Below, one piece after another: positions 20,899 to 31,109 of a stretch of 64,000 nucleotides of DNA (positions are counted from its first letter, which is position 1; every line of letters begins with the position of its first letter). The notes under the pieces were generated by a model. That model did no database searches and was not told the origin of the DNA. It saw only the letters and a list, made by a program, of their open reading frames with translations. Source of the stretch: an uncultured Bacilli bacterium (GTDB lineage Bacteria > Bacillota_I > Bacilli_A > RF39 > UBA660); NCBI GenBank assembly GCA_947626425.1, contig CANQRX010000001.1:6528-70527 (forward strand). The letters are read 5' to 3'. The translations under genes and the position numbers were made by a program.

Positions 20899-21549
20899 TT
20901 AATTATCTGACGATCTACCAAATAGATTTAACAATTCAATGAAAATATTAATAAAGTCTAGATACAATTCTAAAGCACCATAAATTGCTAAATTATCTTC
21001 CGGAAGAGCCGCTAATTCATTCATTTTTTTAATTCTTTGAATATCATAAGCCGTAAAACCTACAAAAATTAAAACTGTGACAATGGATATAATTAAATCA
21101 AATGTTTCATTTTGAAAAAATAAATTTAACAAAATACATAAAAATGTCCCTAGAATAGCCATTATCAAAAAGCTACCAATTCCACTTAAATCTTTTTTCG
21201 TTATATATCCATAGGCTGCAAACATTCCAAAAAGAGCTGCGGTAATTAAAAAAATAAACATAATTGACATCAAATTATAAGTAATAAAAATTGTTGAAAA
21301 TGTTAATCCACTTACAAATGAATAAAGCAAAAAAGCAATTTTGGCGGTTGTTGGACTCATTTTCGTAATTCGTGCTGATAAAAAGATGACTAAAGCAAGT
21401 TCGGCAATAATAATGCCAATAAACCAACCTGATGAAAATACAGTTGCTATCATCTGGGGACTACTATAAACAACATATCCCGTTAAAAAAGTAACGATTA
21501 AGCCAATAAACATCCAACCAAATACTTTAGGTATTATTTTACTTTCCAT
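20899..21549 (-). CDS. Bax inhibitor-1/YccA family membrane protein
   Basis: 7-TM profile with the C-terminal FTAYDIQRI motif typical of BI-1. Confidence 0.75.
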   Translation of the reverse strand: MESKIIPKVFGWMFIGLIVTFLTGYVVYSSPQMIATVFSSGWFIGIIIAELALVIFLSARITKMSPTTAKIAFLLYSFVSGLTFSTIFITYNLMSIMFIFLITAALFGMFAAYGYITKKDLSGIGSFLIMAILGTFLCILLNLFFQNETFDLIISIVTVLIFVGFTAYDIQRIKKMNELAALPEDNLAIYGALELYLDFINIFIELLNLFGRSSDN

Positions 21550-21603
21550 ATTCCCTCCTTTGTATTAATATTATATCACTAAAAGGAAAAATAATAAACT
21601 AAT

Positions 21604-22185
21604 CTAATAGTTAGATATTCCCTTTTTTCGTTTCAAATAACAACTTCCACATACCGATTCATAGGTAATGGCCTCATTTGCCCCATCTATCGCTACTTGG
21701 TCACCTTCAAAAATCGGTTTAGCATTTTTTAAACGCATATTAAAAGTTGCTTTTTTTCCACACCGACATATAGTTTTCATTTCTTCAATATCATCCGCGA
21801 TAGCTAAAAGTCTTTGCGAAGCGGAAAAACCATTCATTAAAAAATCAGTTCGAAGACCATAACAAATTACTGGTATATCTAACAATTTAGAAATTTCTAA
21901 TAACTCATCAATTTGCCTAACCGTTAAAAATTGGACTTCATCAACTAAGACACAAGAAATTCCTTCAAAAGAAAGATCCAAAATTTTATCATCTTTAGTA
22001 ATTAAAAAATCAGCCTTTCTTGAAGAACCAAGTCTAGAAACAACTTCATCATTTCCTTTTGTATCAATCGCCGGTTTTAAAATCAAAGTTTTCATTCCCC
22101 GTTCTTGATAATTATAAGCCACTTGAATTAAATGCGTACTTTTTCCACAATTCATTGCTCCATATCGAAAATATAATTTTGCCAT
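21604..22185 (-). CDS. tdk: thymidine kinase
   Basis: MAKLYFRYGAMNCGKST P-loop and C-terminal CxxC...C zinc ribbon. Confidence 0.9.
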   Translation of the reverse strand: MAKLYFRYGAMNCGKSTHLIQVAYNYQERGMKTLILKPAIDTKGNDEVVSRLGSSRKADFLITKDDKILDLSFEGISCVLVDEVQFLTVRQIDELLEISKLLDIPVICYGLRTDFLMNGFSASQRLLAIADDIEEMKTICRCGKKATFNMRLKNAKPIFEGDQVAIDGANEAITYESVCGSCYLKRKKGISNY

Positions 22186-22308
22186 AATCATTACCTCCTA
22201 AAAATCAATTAACCCCTTTATATTTCTTCTTTATTTTAATTAATTCTCATAGTAAATGCAACTAATAAATTGATGAAAGAAATTAAATTAAAAACCAAAA
22301 TAGCAACA

Positions 22309-23616
22309 TCATTTATTTTTAATACAAAAAACAGCATATAAAGGAACTGACTTTATGTTATTTTCCCAACCAAAATTTTTAGTAGATATTCTTATACTAT
22401 ATTTGGGATGATACAGCTTAATATACTCATTTAAACTTTTACTACTCGTTCTTCTTCCACTCTTAACTTCCACAGGAATAATATCCCCATTTATTTTAAT
22501 TAAAAAATCAATTTCGTATTTATCAAAAGTATAATAATACAATTCTTTTAAATTTAAAATAAATTCACAAGCCACATAGTTTTCAGTTAAAACTCCTTTG
22601 TACATTTCATTTTTATCCAATAATATTTCTCCATAATCTAAGTTAGAAAGACTTCTTAATAAACCAACATCACTTAAATAAAGTTTAAATTTGCTAATAT
22701 CTGCGAAAGCTTTTAAAGGCGATTCATTTTTTTGCACTAAATCGCATTTTAAAATCATATTACTGGCTAATAACCACTCTAAACTACTTTCATATCTTAC
22801 TTTTCGAGCATCTTTATCAACTAAACTATATTTAAAAACATTATTTTCCCGCGCTAACTCTCTCGGCATTGCCTTGTATATTTGAGCATTTTTTATTCCT
22901 TCACTATTTTCAGTATATTTACTCATATCAGCAAGATAAGAAGTTATAATTTGTTCTTGTAACTCAAAATTAACATGTGCGATGTGGCAATCATTTTCAA
23001 TAAAATTTTTAATAACCGCCGGCATTCCTCCTAGTACTAAATATTTTTTATACAAATCAAGAGCTTTGTCATGAATTGCAGTCATTAAAGCTTCGTTAGA
23101 TTCATAATGCTTTTTAATTTCTTCAATTAATTTTTCTTCACCTAAAGCTTTTAAAAATTCCTCAAAATCCATTGGATATAAATATTTAATAACAACTTTA
23201 CCTACCGGAAATGAAGAATGAAACCGATTGATTTTGACCCCTAATAAAGAACCAGCACAAATAATTTTATATGGTTTGGAACTTTCACAAAAATATTTTA
23301 AAGACGAAATAGCTCTTTCACTTACTTGGATTTCATCCAAAAAAATTATTCCGTTATCAGGTTGAAAAACTGTATTTTTTATAATTTCAATTTTTTCAAT
23401 AATAGTATCAGGATCAATAGTCTTTTCAAATACTTTAGCAATATCATCTTCTTTATCTAAATTAATATAAATGTAATTACTAAAATTCTTTTTACAAAAT
23501 TCATCAATTATATAAGTCTTACCAGTTTGTTTTGCTCCAGCTAACATCAAAGGCATTTTATAATCAATTTTCCATTTTTCCAAAACCTCTTCAATTTTTC
23601 GATACATGAAATTCAC
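22309..23616 (-). CDS. ATP-binding protein, AAA_14 + DUF4143 family (paralog)
   Basis: Walker A GAKQTGKT and Walker B IIFLDEIQ; same architecture as 8243..9508. Confidence 0.7.
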   Translation of the reverse strand: MNFMYRKIEEVLEKWKIDYKMPLMLAGAKQTGKTYIIDEFCKKNFSNYIYINLDKEDDIAKVFEKTIDPDTIIEKIEIIKNTVFQPDNGIIFLDEIQVSERAISSLKYFCESSKPYKIICAGSLLGVKINRFHSSFPVGKVVIKYLYPMDFEEFLKALGEEKLIEEIKKHYESNEALMTAIHDKALDLYKKYLVLGGMPAVIKNFIENDCHIAHVNFELQEQIITSYLADMSKYTENSEGIKNAQIYKAMPRELARENNVFKYSLVDKDARKVRYESSLEWLLASNMILKCDLVQKNESPLKAFADISKFKLYLSDVGLLRSLSNLDYGEILLDKNEMYKGVLTENYVACEFILNLKELYYYTFDKYEIDFLIKINGDIIPVEVKSGRRTSSKSLNEYIKLYHPKYSIRISTKNFGWENNIKSVPLYAVFCIKNK

Positions 23617-23784
23617 CTTCTAAAAACATTTAAACATTATTTTGTTACTTTTGCACGTTTTTAATTAAAAATTTCGGACATTTTGTACATTTTTTAATAT
23701 TTTCCTCTTCAATTTCATCATTTTTATTCTTAACATATATTAATCCAAAATAACTCATTTATGACATAATATGTCGTGTTTTAT

Positions 23785-23813
23785 TTATTAAAAAAATCTA
23801 GCTTTACACTAGA
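23785..23813 (-). terminator. putative intrinsic terminator after ychF
   Basis: Minus-strand TCTAG-TGTAAAG-CTAGA hairpin followed by T7 run; the stem includes the TAG stop; short stem, weak. Confidence 0.35.
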
Positions 23814-24909
23814 CATTAAATCGGAAATAAACAATATCCCCATCTTGCATAACATAATCTTTGCCTTCTAAATATAATTTGCCAGCTTCTTGAACTTTTT
23901 TTTCATCTTTTAAATCTTCTAAATCCGGAAATTTCATTATCTCCGCTTTAATAAAACCTCGTTCAATATCCGAATGAATTAATCCTGCGGCTTTCTTAGC
24001 AATCGTTCCCTTTTTAAAAGTCCAAGCCCGACATTCATCAGGTCCAACTGTAAAAAAAGTTTCTAAACCTAATAAATTATAAGTTGCAAAAATTAATTTA
24101 TCCAACCCACTACTGGAAATACCTAAATCATTTAAAAAGTTCTTTTTGTCAGACTCTTCTAATTCCGCAAGTTCAGACTCCATCTTCGCACACATAACGA
24201 TAACCGAAGCTTCTTCATTGGCTGCATACTCATAAACTTTTTTTGTATATTCATTCTCACCTAAAACAACATCATCTTCACCAACATTCGCAACATAAAT
24301 GATTGGTTTGGCGGTAATAAAATTAAAATTTTTTAAAACTACCGATTCATCTTCAGAAAAACTAAGCTGGCGAATCGGTTTATTATTAATTAAAGCCTCT
24401 TGACATTTTTTTAAAACATCAAGTTCCAACAAACTATCTTTATCTTTCGTTGTCACAGCTTTTTTCTCAATTTTGCCAATTCGATTTTCCACAATTTCTA
24501 AATCGGCTAAAATAAGTTCAACATTAATAACATCCATATCATCAACTGGATTTACGCCCCCTGATACATGAATTACATTATCATCATCAAAACAACGCAC
24601 CACTTCAACAATGGCATCAACTTCTCTGATATGCGCCAAAAACTTATTGCCTAAGCCTTCACCCTTACTAGCTCCTTTAACTAACCCCGCAATGTCCGTA
24701 AATTCAAAACTAGTTGGTACCGTTCTTTTTGGAACATACAAATCTTCTAAAAAATCAAGCCGTGAATCTGGCACTGTTACCACTCCTACATTTGGATCAA
24801 TCGTTGCAAAAGGATAATTGGCCGCCAAAATATGTTTTTTGGTAATTGCATTAAATAAAGTTGATTTACCCACATTTGGCAAACCAACTATACCTGCTTT
24901 TAAACCCAT
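23809..24909 (-). CDS. ychF: ribosome-binding ATPase YchF (Obg-family)
   Basis: MGLKAGIVGLPNVGKSTLFNA G1 motif; C-terminal TGS domain. Confidence 0.9.
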   Translation of the reverse strand: MGLKAGIVGLPNVGKSTLFNAITKKHILAANYPFATIDPNVGVVTVPDSRLDFLEDLYVPKRTVPTSFEFTDIAGLVKGASKGEGLGNKFLAHIREVDAIVEVVRCFDDDNVIHVSGGVNPVDDMDVINVELILADLEIVENRIGKIEKKAVTTKDKDSLLELDVLKKCQEALINNKPIRQLSFSEDESVVLKNFNFITAKPIIYVANVGEDDVVLGENEYTKKVYEYAANEEASVIVMCAKMESELAELEESDKKNFLNDLGISSSGLDKLIFATYNLLGLETFFTVGPDECRAWTFKKGTIAKKAAGLIHSDIERGFIKAEIMKFPDLEDLKDEKKVQEAGKLYLEGKDYVMQDGDIVYFRFNV

Positions 24910-24922
24910 AATCAATACCTCC

Positions 24923-26473
24923 CTACAATACTACGCCACCATTAATACCTAAAGGTAGACCAATAATATACCACATTATAATTAAAACTAAAAGAATAAA
25001 GAATGTCACCAAACTATAAGGAATTTGATACTTTATGGCTTCATAAAAACCAATCGACTTATCTTCCCGTGAGTAATCATTTAATAAAGCTAAATAAATA
25101 ACAAAATAAGCCATGAATGGGGTTAATCCCATCGAAATCGATTCTCCAAACCGAAATATAACTTGAGTAAATTCCGGAGTAATTCCAGCATTCATCATCA
25201 CTGGAACCATCACGGGCGCTAAAACACTCCATTTTGTAATTGAAGTCGGCAACAATATCGTAGCTAAAACAACAATAATAAACATCAAAATAATTAAAGG
25301 TAACCCTTGAAACGAAACACTACTAAATAAATTAGCTAATCCCGCGGCGACAACTGTTCCCATATTAGTTTCTTTAAATAAACTAAGTAATAAAGAAGCA
25401 AAGAATATCAAAACCAAAGTTTTACCTGTTCCATCTAAAGAATGTCCTAAAGTATTAATAAAATCTTGATGATTTTTAATTGTTTTCGAACCAATTCCAT
25501 AAAATAAACCTAAAATAACAAAGAAAATGGTTACAACAAACACAAAACCAGTGGCAAAAAATGAATCATAACTAAATAATTTATCGATAAAAAATCCTTG
25601 CGAATTATCAAGTAAAGCTCCCGAAAATGGTAAGCCAGGAATAATATTATATAAGAAAAATAAAACATATAATATTCCAGCCCCAATTGCAAAAACTAAA
25701 CCTCGGATATCTCTTCTAGCAATTACTGTTTTTTCTTCTTCACTTTCTTCTAAATCATATTTTCCCATTTTGTTAGCCATAACTTTTTCAGTTACAACGG
25801 TAATTAAAATCGAAACTAAAATAACCGCCACCAACATAATAAAAATCGAACTAACAGTTGCTAAACGATAACCAGCATCAATAACTCGGGCTGCTAAAGA
25901 TGTTTCCGTTAACAGTGATGAATCTACACTCGTAAAAATTACCGATAAACCTTGACCACACGTCAAGCCTGCAAAAGAAGCTACTATCCCTAAACGCGGA
26001 TTTCTTTTTCCATATTTAAAAATATAAGCACTTAATGGTAACATTATAATATAAGAAATGTCTCCCATAATACTAGCAATAACACTTAAAAAAACCACTA
26101 AAAAAGTAACTGTATTTTTCTTAAGCTTTTTGGCCAAACAAATAACAGCCGTTTTTAAAAAACCACTTTTTTCCATTACTCCTAAACCAATTAAAATAAT
26201 GATAAAATTACTTAAAGGAGCAAAATTCATAAAGTTTGCCATTGCCGAACTAAAAATATATTTTAAACCCGACATATTAAATAATGATTTAACATTGACT
26301 AAATTTTGGTTATATTCTAAAGTTGTACTATTAATTTTATAAACTTCTTGGCCAATTCCTAATAATTGTAAAAAACCACTTAGGACTATTATAACCCCAA
26401 TAAAAACCAAATAAGTCATAATCGGATGTAAATTTAATTTATCTTTAATTTTTTGATTCATTACTATCACCAA
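24923..26473 (-). CDS. AbgT-family transporter (p-aminobenzoyl-glutamate/antimetabolite exporter family)
   Basis: 516 aa polytopic protein with AbgT-like topology and length. Confidence 0.7.
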   Translation of the reverse strand: MVIVMNQKIKDKLNLHPIMTYLVFIGVIIVLSGFLQLLGIGQEVYKINSTTLEYNQNLVNVKSLFNMSGLKYIFSSAMANFMNFAPLSNFIIILIGLGVMEKSGFLKTAVICLAKKLKKNTVTFLVVFLSVIASIMGDISYIIMLPLSAYIFKYGKRNPRLGIVASFAGLTCGQGLSVIFTSVDSSLLTETSLAARVIDAGYRLATVSSIFIMLVAVILVSILITVVTEKVMANKMGKYDLEESEEEKTVIARRDIRGLVFAIGAGILYVLFFLYNIIPGLPFSGALLDNSQGFFIDKLFSYDSFFATGFVFVVTIFFVILGLFYGIGSKTIKNHQDFINTLGHSLDGTGKTLVLIFFASLLLSLFKETNMGTVVAAGLANLFSSVSFQGLPLIILMFIIVVLATILLPTSITKWSVLAPVMVPVMMNAGITPEFTQVIFRFGESISMGLTPFMAYFVIYLALLNDYSREDKSIGFYEAIKYQIPYSLVTFFILLVLIIMWYIIGLPLGINGGVVL

Positions 26474-26654
26474 TCACTTTTTTTAATTTTCGTTCAAATT
26501 CTAAACGATCCATCATAATTTCTCGTCCACAATTACAACATTTTAACTTTATATCAACACCAATTCTGGTAATTATCCAATCATTAGTTTTACAAGCATG
26601 CATTTTTTTCATTATGACATGATTTCCTAAACTATATTTCTTCATTTGCTCCAT
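26445..26654 (-). CDS. DUF951-family small protein
   Basis: 69 aa with zinc-ribbon-like CxxC..CCNC; sits between ychF and mscS as in many Firmicutes. Confidence 0.55.
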   Translation of the reverse strand: MEQMKKYSLGNHVIMKKMHACKTNDWIITRIGVDIKLKCCNCGREIMMDRLEFERKLKKVIGDSNESKN

Positions 26655-27444
26655 AATGTACCTCTATCTGACTATAAGGAATTGATAAATTCTCTTCATC
26701 ATATGTTTTTTTAATAATTCGTAAAGCTCTTCTTTTAATATCCCATTGTTCACTTTGCTTACAATAAATTAAAATCGAATAAGTTATTGAAGAACCTTCA
26801 AAAGCATCAATTCCTAAATATTTCGTGTCTGCATAAACATTGGGAATTTTTTTAATCTGATCTAATATTTTTTTAATTACGGTTTCTACTCGTTCCACGC
26901 TTTCTTCATATCTTGTCGGAATGTCAATTTTAACACCCGCGCGTTCTTGACTTATATTTATAACTGACGTAACACTGTGGTTCGGTAAAACCATAACTTC
27001 ACCATTAAAACGACGAATTTTTGTACTTTTTAAACTTAGTTCAATAACTTCGCCCGTAAATCCGTTAATTGTAACCATATCCCCAATAACATAATAATTA
27101 TCAGTTATAATCGCTATTCCACTAATAAAATCTTGGGCTGTTTCTTGCAAAGCTAAACCTAAAAAAGCTCCAGCAATACCTAATGAAGCCACAATACTTC
27201 TTGTATCAACGCCATATAAATTCAAAATAAAAACAATCATTATCACAATGATAAAAAATTTAAAAATATTCATTACCAATTCAATAATCGTTGTTCTTTT
27301 CTTTTGTTCATAGGTATTAATTCCATGATTAAAAACTTTATCAACAAATGTTTCAGCAATTTTATAAATAATATAACCTACTACAACTACTAAAAAAGGT
27401 CCCATTACTTTTCTACTAAAAAGAAAATTCATTATTTTATCCAT
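26632..27444 (-). CDS. mscS: small-conductance mechanosensitive channel (MscS family)
   Basis: TM3 pore-helix motif IVASLGIAGAFLGLALQETAQDFISG followed by a beta domain. Confidence 0.8.
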   Translation of the reverse strand: MDKIMNFLFSRKVMGPFLVVVVGYIIYKIAETFVDKVFNHGINTYEQKKRTTIIELVMNIFKFFIIVIMIVFILNLYGVDTRSIVASLGIAGAFLGLALQETAQDFISGIAIITDNYYVIGDMVTINGFTGEVIELSLKSTKIRRFNGEVMVLPNHSVTSVINISQERAGVKIDIPTRYEESVERVETVIKKILDQIKKIPNVYADTKYLGIDAFEGSSITYSILIYCKQSEQWDIKRRALRIIKKTYDEENLSIPYSQIEVHYGANEEI

Positions 27445-28334
27445 TAAACGCCCTCAATTCTAACTCCTAGCATTTCCAAAATAGCCCCTAAATCTTCTTC
27501 TTTGGTATAAGGAATTTCAATTTTTTTATCAGTTACTTTTACTTTAACCCCTAATTTTTCTCTTAATAAACTTTCATAAATTGAATTTCTAATATTTTGA
27601 GTTTTAGTAGCTCGTTCTTGTTTTTGTCGTTTTGGCAAATTTTCTTCATTTATTAAATTTTCTAAGCCTCGGACACTCATTGATTCATTAATAATTCTTT
27701 CCGCTAATTCATTTATTTTAGCTTCATCTTTAATTTTACTTAAAGCTCTCGCATGTCCCATACTAATTTTTTTATCTAAAACATATTGTTTTGTTATTTC
27801 TGGTAAAGTTAAAAGGCCTAAAATATTTGTAACATGACTTCGACTTTTTCCAAATTTTTTTGCAAAATCTTCCTGAGTCATACTTGCATAATGAATAATA
27901 TTTTGAATAGCTGTAGCTTCTTCAATAGGATTCAAATCTTCTCTTTGGATATTTTCTAATAACGCCACTTCCATCATTTGTTGATCATTATAGTCTTTAA
28001 CAATCGCCTGAATTTCCGTTAACCCAGCTAAACGAGCAGCTTTACATCTTCTTTCACCAGCTACTAATTCATATCCTTTAATACTTTTTTTAACTAAAAC
28101 TGGTTCAATGATACCATGTTCCTTAATCGAATCTGATAATTCTCTTAATGTATCTTCATCAAATTTTTTTCGAGGTTGATACGGATTACTTCGAATCTCT
28201 TCTAATTTAATACTTTTTACTCCCAAATCACTAGATTCAGAGTGTTCTTCTTTTGTATAATTTTCAAAATTGATAACTTCGTTTGAAAACAACTGTTCTA
28301 AACCTTTTCCTAATGCTTTTCTTTTAGTCTCCAT
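27444..28334 (-). CDS. parB: chromosome partitioning protein ParB/Spo0J
   Basis: ParB box GERRCKAARLAGL and HTH; the ORF contains no parS (no CACGTG). Confidence 0.9.
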   Translation of the reverse strand: METKRKALGKGLEQLFSNEVINFENYTKEEHSESSDLGVKSIKLEEIRSNPYQPRKKFDEDTLRELSDSIKEHGIIEPVLVKKSIKGYELVAGERRCKAARLAGLTEIQAIVKDYNDQQMMEVALLENIQREDLNPIEEATAIQNIIHYASMTQEDFAKKFGKSRSHVTNILGLLTLPEITKQYVLDKKISMGHARALSKIKDEAKINELAERIINESMSVRGLENLINEENLPKRQKQERATKTQNIRNSIYESLLREKLGVKVKVTDKKIEIPYTKEEDLGAILEMLGVRIEGV

Positions 28335-29112
28335 TTCTACTAATCACTTCCTTTGCTAAATTTTCATAGGCAAGGGTTGCTCTTGAAGTAGGATCATAAT
28401 CGCTAATAGGCTTTCCATGACTAGGTGCCTCGACTAATCTTACTAATCTCGGAATGATTGTATTAAACACTTTTGATTTAAAACATTTTCTTACTTCTTC
28501 AATAATTTCTAAACCAATATTTGTTCTTCCATCTAACATTGTTAATAGAACCCCTTCTATTCTTAATTCTGTATTCATTTTATTTTGAACTAAAATTATG
28601 GAATTTAATAATTGGGCAATTCCCTCTAATGCAAAATATTCACATTGAACAGGAATAATAACTGAATTACTTGCCACCAAAGCATTCATGGTGGAAATAC
28701 CTAAACTTGGTTGACAATCTATAATAATATAATCAAACTTATCTTTTACTTCATTTAAAGCCTCTTTTAATTGTTCATTTTGTTTAAAAGAATTATCTTC
28801 AAGCATTTTTTTAACAAATTCTACATCAACCCCAGCCAAATTAATTGTCGCAGGAATTATTGACAAATTTTTAAATTTTGTTTTTATTATTGCCTGTTCG
28901 ATTGGACAAGACTTCGTTATTACATCATATATATCATGTTCAAAATCGTTGGTATTCAATCCTAACCCATTTGAAGCATTACCTTGAGGGTCTAAATCAA
29001 TAAGTAAAGTTTTTTTTCCTTCTTTTCCTAAAGCTGCTGCAAGATTAATACTTGTTGTCGTTTTTCCTACTCCACCTTTTTGATTTACTAATGAAATAAT
29101 CTTTGCCATAAT
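28324..29112 (-). CDS. parA: chromosome partitioning ATPase ParA/Soj
   Basis: Deviant Walker A MAKIISLVNQKGGVGKTT. Confidence 0.9.
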   Translation of the reverse strand: MMAKIISLVNQKGGVGKTTTSINLAAALGKEGKKTLLIDLDPQGNASNGLGLNTNDFEHDIYDVITKSCPIEQAIIKTKFKNLSIIPATINLAGVDVEFVKKMLEDNSFKQNEQLKEALNEVKDKFDYIIIDCQPSLGISTMNALVASNSVIIPVQCEYFALEGIAQLLNSIILVQNKMNTELRIEGVLLTMLDGRTNIGLEIIEEVRKCFKSKVFNTIIPRLVRLVEAPSHGKPISDYDPTSRATLAYENLAKEVISRNGD

Positions 29113-29265
29113 ACCACCTTTTAATCTCCTTAACACTAAAGACATTTTAACACGTATAATAAAATAAGTAAATTAAAGAACTTAATTTTTTTAAACACTT
29201 CCTAGCTATTCCTTGATTTAATCAACAAAAAATTTTTTATTTTTTTTCTTCAAAAAAACATTTCT

Positions 29266-30546
29266 TTATTCCAAATATAATAAATATGTAACTATAGAGT
29301 GCGGTTTTAATAAATCTGTAAAACTATATTTACCAATTACAACATTTATTGGCATTAAATCTGTACTTTTATTCATAAATACAATCGTTAAATCATGATT
29401 TTTAACTGCCGCCGTGACAAATAATTGCGATGTATATGAAGAACTTTCAACAATCTTCGAGTTTGGACTAATAAACTTGGAAACATGACCAAAATAATAA
29501 TAAATTGGTGTTTTAAGATAATCATTGCTTTTTTTATTTAATATAATAGGACTTTTACAAAAATTGTTTTGATGATTAGGTCCACCTTCATAATCTAAGA
29601 GAATATTCCAATCAATATACGCATTCATGCCATTATTCATATCACTTATTAAATCTTCTAATAGAAGTTCAGCATCATGAACCCATTCCTTTTCATTATA
29701 TTTAGAAAATCCACAACACCCTTCGGTATGAATTAACAATTTATCAGGATATTTTTGATGAACTAAGTTAACATTTTGACTATGCAAACCAGTATACCAA
29801 TGATAAGCAATTCCCCCAATCTGTTTATTTTGACTAACCAATTTCGTTGATACATCAAATAAATTTTCTTTATTATGATCCCAAACTAAAACTTTTACTG
29901 GCAAAGTTAATTTTGATAAAAGATGTTGATAAGTGAAATTTTTTAATTCTTCTTCCGTATAAACACAAGATTCCCAAGACTGATTAGCAAAAGGTTCATT
30001 TTGAATTGACAAATATTGAATTTTAATACCATTCTCTTTATAAAAATTTAAAAAGTCTATTAAATACTCAGCGTATTCATCGTAACATTCTTTTCGTAAT
30101 TTACCACCAACCAAACTTTGATTATCTTTAAATTTAACCGGCGGAGTCCATGGAACGGCAACTAAAGTAAGGTCTTTAATTTTGTAAATTTTTTGAATAA
30201 AAGGAATTATTGTTTTTTTATCATAACTTTTTGAAAATTCGTGACTTGCTAAAGAAAAATCATTGCTTCCAATACTAATTCTTCCCCAATTATAATTTAA
30301 ACCTTCTTTACTATAATATGAATTTAAAAAAGCATCTTGTTGTTCATAACTTAGTTTCGTAAAATTATGAATGCTTGCTTCCGTTAAAGCCCCACCCATT
30401 CCTAACCATTGTTGTTTAGCTATTTCTGGATATATTCTAACAACATTAAATTCAATATCATCAGCTCGATTATTTTCATCAATTATTGTGGTTTCCCAAT
30501 ATTTTTTTTCATCAATGCAAGTTTCAATTTTAATCAACAAAATCAC
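29266..30546 (-). CDS. glycoside hydrolase family 30 (glucosylceramidase-like)
   Basis: Multiple GH30/GBA blocks: WLGMGGALTEA, AVPWTPPVKFK, SIQNEP (acid/base), HWY, HTEGC (nucleophile region), DWNILLDYEGGPNH, YYFGHVSKFI. Confidence 0.8.
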   Translation of the reverse strand: MILLIKIETCIDEKKYWETTIIDENNRADDIEFNVVRIYPEIAKQQWLGMGGALTEASIHNFTKLSYEQQDAFLNSYYSKEGLNYNWGRISIGSNDFSLASHEFSKSYDKKTIIPFIQKIYKIKDLTLVAVPWTPPVKFKDNQSLVGGKLRKECYDEYAEYLIDFLNFYKENGIKIQYLSIQNEPFANQSWESCVYTEEELKNFTYQHLLSKLTLPVKVLVWDHNKENLFDVSTKLVSQNKQIGGIAYHWYTGLHSQNVNLVHQKYPDKLLIHTEGCCGFSKYNEKEWVHDAELLLEDLISDMNNGMNAYIDWNILLDYEGGPNHQNNFCKSPIILNKKSNDYLKTPIYYYFGHVSKFISPNSKIVESSSYTSQLFVTAAVKNHDLTIVFMNKSTDLMPINVVIGKYSFTDLLKPHSIVTYLLYLE

Positions 30547-30837
30547 ATCCTACTTAAATTATATGATAAAAATTCACATAGTAAAAGCATTTAAAGCGAA
30601 CTCTCATCTTTTTTATACAAATTAACTGATGTTGATAACTATTATTTGCTAAAAATATATCATTTTTAAATTCAAATAACGTTACTTTTTTTATTTTACA
30701 TTAAAATTTTAAAAATTTAACTTCTTAAATTAAGATTTTAAAATTATTTTAAACCGACTTATTGAACGAAAAGTTGATAACTTAATTACACGTTTTTTAA
30801 TTAACTACAAAACTAAAGATACTAATAACTATTAATT

Positions 30838-30953
30838 TTTATTCCCATTTTTCTATAGGGGGTTGCGACAAAACCTATTCTTAAAAAAATTTAACTTAGA
30901 TTAAATGGGAATAAAACTTTTTTGCTAGAGAGGTTTTTACTCAACCCCCTATA
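30838..30953. repeat. GC-rich interleaved inverted-repeat element (three IR pairs) upstream of the GH30 gene
   Basis: A=TTTATTCCCATTT (30838-50) / A'=AAATGGGAATAAA (30903-15). B=TATAGGGGGTTG (30854-65) / B'=CAACCCCCTATA (30942-53). C=AAAACCT (30870-76) / C'=AGGTTTT (30931-37). B-C/C'-B' form a 23-bp imperfect stem; A/A' crosses it in a pseudoknot-like or alternative-structure topology. Confidence 0.5.
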
Positions 30954-31109
30954 AAATCCTTTACGATTTTTCATAAACTAAATATAGGATAATTTAAGAA
31001 AATACAAATATCAAGCATTTTAAACTTTACTTTGAAATAACCATAATATTAGGTAGTGATTTTAAAAAAACATAAACAACTTTATATACTATATGCAAAA
31101 AACTACTGT

